This document shows, one piece after another, positions 60,201 to 64,000 of a stretch of DNA of 64,000 nucleotides (position 1 is the stretch's first letter; every line of letters starts with the position of its first letter). The translations under genes and the position numbers were made by a program. The notes beneath the pieces are model-generated. The model was not told the origin of the DNA. It saw nothing but the letters and a program-made list of their open reading frames with translations, and searched no databases. The DNA is from Dudresnaya verticillata (lineage: Eukaryota), in NCBI GenBank assembly GCA_977862235.1, contig OZ374565.1, positions 1,736,001 to 1,800,000 on the forward strand, in the 5' to 3' direction.

Positions 60201-61396
60201 TCCGAGTGATCGTTCGTTGATTCGAAGGATCACACCTTTGATCGTTCAATTTGGGATAACGACATGTCAGGTATTCGCTCATGAATTCCTTCACGTACGC
60301 TTCTCAGTTCCGTGCGTTCCGTCTTGTGCCCGCCCAGTGAGCATGGCTCCAGCTGGTTGGCAACGGCGGACCTCCTGATGCCATCACGCCTTGTTTCCTG
60401 GATTCTTACTACCGGTGGTATCGTCCGTTGCCAGGCTCTCTGCTGTTTCGATGACATACTTGGTTGAAAGCTCTTCTTACACATCCGCATTGGTCTCCGA
60501 CGGAACCTGATGCCTTCTGGCCTCCACGCGAGTCTCGACGAGCTCCGCGATTTGGTTGGCCTGTGATTGAACTTTTCTAAGGACAGTTTTTGAAGTGTGC
60601 AGTGCGCATATCAAGCACTTCCCTAGCACCTCCGAGGCCTTCCTCGATACGTCCGAGCAAACGGGCCTGTTTAGCGGTATCAGCTTCATTCTTGAGTAGT
60701 GCAACTGCAGCGAGGCAATGCTGCACCCAGAAACATGCTGAATGTACGTACTCGAGTTCCTTGGCATTCTGGCGGTCCTTTCGGAAGGTTTCCAGATACA
60801 GAGTGGTTTCGGGTTTAAAGAATCCCCGTTCGTTCGGAAGAACCAGACTTTAACGAGACCAGAGGGATCTTCGACCGACCATACCAGCAACCAACTGATT
60901 ATTGGCGAGATCAACATAATCAGCGGACGGCGGTGGCGATACGGCGATAGGAACAGGTAATTTGAGGCAGTGTGCTCATTTTCAGTCATTGGGTTTCAGT
61001 GGTTCGCCAGTCTTGTCGACGGAAATCCTTTGTTCTCAATGTACTTGAGAACGAGGGAAAGAACTTGGTGCAGGTGGAAGAGTCCGGCACCTAATCCGCC
61101 TCTTATACGGAGAGTCAGTACACAGTGCCGAAGTCCGAGAAACAGTAGGAGTAGTGTGTGACAAGATCCAAAAACGGCGTTCTTGAATATTTGCCATAAA
61201 CCGGCACACACCTTTTGTGGTTGCTTCTTAAAGCAGTACTTAATGTTGAATGATTCGACGCGCATTTGCGTCGTCTATAATTTGCGCCGCATTGGAATAT
61301 CCATAGGGCTTTGGAGTGCAGGACACTCCGCACGGCTCGCTACCAATACCATGATCTTTTCGCTCTTTTCAAGCACCTTGGGAAACGAAACGAAAT
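57271..61396 (-). mobile_element. DIRS-order (PAT-like) tyrosine-recombinase retrotransposon, degenerate, RT apparently deleted
   Basis: ~350-bp direct repeats 57271-57617 and 61047-61396; RNase H (NVDN...HADILSR); MT-like (WNPAP...VVPNWTGTPW); YR N-terminus (QWKKFMVYC...YISAI) and C-terminus (HSL*SG...GGW...VY). Confidence 0.85.
58102..58944 (-). mobile_element. Solo LTR of the C family, inserted in the YR gene
   Basis: Diverged reverse complement of the C LTR; perfect TSD GTATG (58097-58101, 58945-58949). Confidence 0.92.
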
Positions 61397-61470
61397 TAAA
61401 CTGTGGTGAAATGAAGTTTGATTTATTGGTGTTTTGTTTATAGTGGTCCTGCGCCGGGGGCAATGTCCCA

Positions 61471-62265
61471 TGTAGTATAGCTGTCAGCACACTATCAGCA
61501 GCGGCTGTAAGGTATGTTGGCAGCCCTGCACTGTAATGGTGCACACGATGACGCCCGCTGGCGAGTCGTGGTTGGGCAGCCTGCCCTTAGTTTTTTCTTT
61601 GATTTAGTAGCGGTCGACCGCATTGCTACCGGCAGCGGCCCCGCGCCGTGCCGCACACGGCGCGCCCCAGTGACGCTCTCCGGCATCGAGCCGTTGAGAG
61701 GGCCACTGCCCGTTACGCCCCGCGCGCGCCCACGGGTAACCGTTACCCGGACGTTTCGACACGTGTATGGGCGCGCGCTCACACACCTCCCGCGTTGGTG
61801 TTGTGGGGCGCATCTACTGTAGAAGTAGTCGTAGTGCACATAGTGTAGGGTATTTAAGACCGTCGGCCATCGACGGCTCAGTAAACCGGGCAAGCAACAG
61901 CTCGCGCTGAAGATTGCCCCCAGCCTTTTCGGGTTCGATCCCTTTGCCTTATGCCGGCGGGCGGTTTGCCTTATGCCGGCGGGCGGTTTCCCTTCTCCCC
62001 TTGCCTCGCTAGGTTTTCCCCTTTCCTTTTCCTTTCCGTCGGCTTCGTGCTGCCCTTCGACAGGGACGCTGGGACCCGGCCGCTGCCTACCCGCGTACGG
62101 TACGCCCCGTGCGCGGTCCGGCATCGACGCCGTCGATCCGCACCTGCGGGGCGCACGCCGCCGTCACCGCTCTACCAACCCCAACAGCTACCCATCGACG
62201 GGTCTGTGTGGCGGCTTCGGACCAGCAATTATCAGACGTCGGATCGACCCGAGCTCTATACTACA
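61471..62265 (+). mobile_element. Solo LTR 'E' (same family as D, related to the B LTR)
   Basis: TGTAGTATAG...CTATACTACA; TSD TCCCA/GCCCA; internal 23-bp duplication near 61944-61990. Confidence 0.9.
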
Positions 62266-62269
62266 GCCC

Positions 62270-63400
62270 ATTTGCAGGAACACGTTCGGGCTGTGGTCTA
62301 TTGAGGCGATGTCGAGTGCTTGTGCGGGAGGGGAAGAGGTAACTCTTCTTGGCAGGCCGCTCGGATCAGGTTGATGGCTTCCGTTATTTCTTGGAGATCT
62401 TGAGGGGTTCGTTCGCGTAGCATGATATTGTGTAGAGTAGCAGCGGGTTGGTGGAGGGTAGCGCGCTTGGATGGGTATTTGGGGAGTATCGGGAAGGGGT
62501 CGAGGTGCCACCGAACTGCCAGTTTCCGATCTTAGTGGTCCGACAGGAGTAGTGATGGTGGGAAACGGTGGGATGGGTAGATTGGTGCGGCTCTCCTACC
62601 GCTGAGCGCATCGCTCCACGCTCTGTGCTGCTCGGACAGGTGTGCCTGGGGCTGGGATGGGAGCGGAGGACTCTGGCCTGCGCTACGGAGCGAGACGCTC
62701 GGGAACTTTGTGAGGACCTGTAGTGTATGGCCTGCGTGCCACGATGCGGCTGTGTCTTTTGATCGTTCGGTCCTTCGGAGGCTTCGGATGAGCTGATGTT
62801 GTAGGCATGTATGGCGGACCTTCGAGGGCTCCATGCAATAGAGCGCGCGTAGTCTACGTAGCCGGGGTGCAAACATGCATTACGATTTCTGCCCTATTAA
62901 TACACGGAAGAACTGGGAGTCCAGGGTGTCGAGAGCGGTTTCCAAATCACTCGTTATGTTGCCCAGGGCTAGGCCATATTCGTAGATCGGTCTGACAAAC
63001 GCGTTGTAAAAATATGTTACGGAGGCGGCGGGCATTGTAAAGGAGAGTGAACGCAAAGATTGCAGTGCGCCGAGGGCCCTTTTGGCAGCAGAGATGCGCG
63101 CGAGTACTGTAGCAGCCCCGGCCCCGTGGAAGTTACTTTCAACAACAAGGTACTGAAAGGTGCTCCGAAGAGGGATTGGTGCACCGGCGATACTGAACGC
63201 TGCTGTGTTGGGTCTTATTCTGTGGCGTGTTGGGCGTATGGCTGTGCACGTGGCCGGAGACCAGGTATAGCAACTCTTCTCTCCCTCCGGTACGCCTGTC
63301 GCGCCGTCTCGTACGGCCGCATGACGTGCCCGCATCTGCAAAGTATCAATCTCCCCAAACTACTAAAGCTAGGCCGGTATGATACTCGGAATGGACAAGG
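62270..63400 (-). pseudogene. Non-LTR retrotransposon (LINE) remnant, RT thumb/C-terminal region
   Basis: EKS...IPLRSTFQYL...RISAAKRAL...YNAFVRPIYEYG, typical of the LINE post-RT region. Boundaries uncertain. Confidence 0.7.
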
Positions 63401-64000
63401 CACTGCCTCGGTGCACTGCGCAGTGTTCGCCTCCGCCCCGGAAGAAAACACCAGGACTGCTGTGACCGTGCAAAAACCGGACCTGACGCCTGAAAGCACT
63501 GCGCGCCGCTATCCCTCCATCACCACAAAGCCACCTCCCCCCGAGGGGAGCAGCGTGACGCTGGACACTCCATGATGATCCTTGCGATCCAGAGGCACCT
63601 TTCACTCTGTTGACCATCGCGAAGTGAGGTCCGGGCTCACCCACGACAAATCAACCAAGGCCATTGGGCAACCTACCAAGGGAGCCTCCACAAGCCTCCA
63701 CGTGGCCCGACCTACGACCACATCAGCAGGTACGAATGTGCGGCCCATCCCAAGGTCCCCCGGGCCACACGACATGAAAAAATTACATCACCCGGCTCCC
63801 AGATCAGGCCCGACCAGTGTGGCAAGCAGCACCCCAAACGCAAGCCCGCTCTAGCCCTGGAAAGACTTCAGGATTTGTCAACGCAACCCGCGCTACGTAT
63901 ACGCCTGACAGCCCCGACCTACCCTCCAACGATGCCAACACCGACGTTACTGTCGATCCGATCCCACCCACACCCGACACCCCCACTCCGACAAAGGCGC

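Noticed and set aside
63400..64000. Possible LINE endonuclease or ORF1 remnant
   Set aside because: No diagnostic APE motifs readable.

Overview
Eukaryotic, transposon-rich genomic DNA, most likely from a florideophyte red alga (inferred from intronless genes, HS3ST/NDST-like sulfotransferases and the TE types). 1-6.9 kb is the 3' part of a chromodomain-bearing Ty3/Gypsy element (A) with a long antisense ORF and a probable 3' LTR. 10-30 kb is a host gene island: three secreted cationic proteins sharing an unrecognised 8-Cys module, two Golgi-type sulfotransferase paralogues, and a Cys-rich type I membrane protein. 31.3-55.6 kb is a nested set. A Copia with TA...TA termini and a Tudor domain after its integrase contains an internally deleted Gypsy (B, also with an antisense ORF), which contains a full-length Gypsy (C) and a solo LTR. 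57-64 kb holds a PAT/DIRS tyrosine-recombinase retroelement, two more solo LTRs and a LINE remnant. Best candidates for new biology: (1) Gypsy antisense-ORF cassettes paired with element-specific dispersed palindromes, a possible VANC-like anti-silencing system; (2) a Copia integrase with a PDS5/MSH6-type Tudor reader; (3) the 8-Cys cationic peptide family beside the sulfotransferases. All alignments and counts were made by eye and no database was searched.
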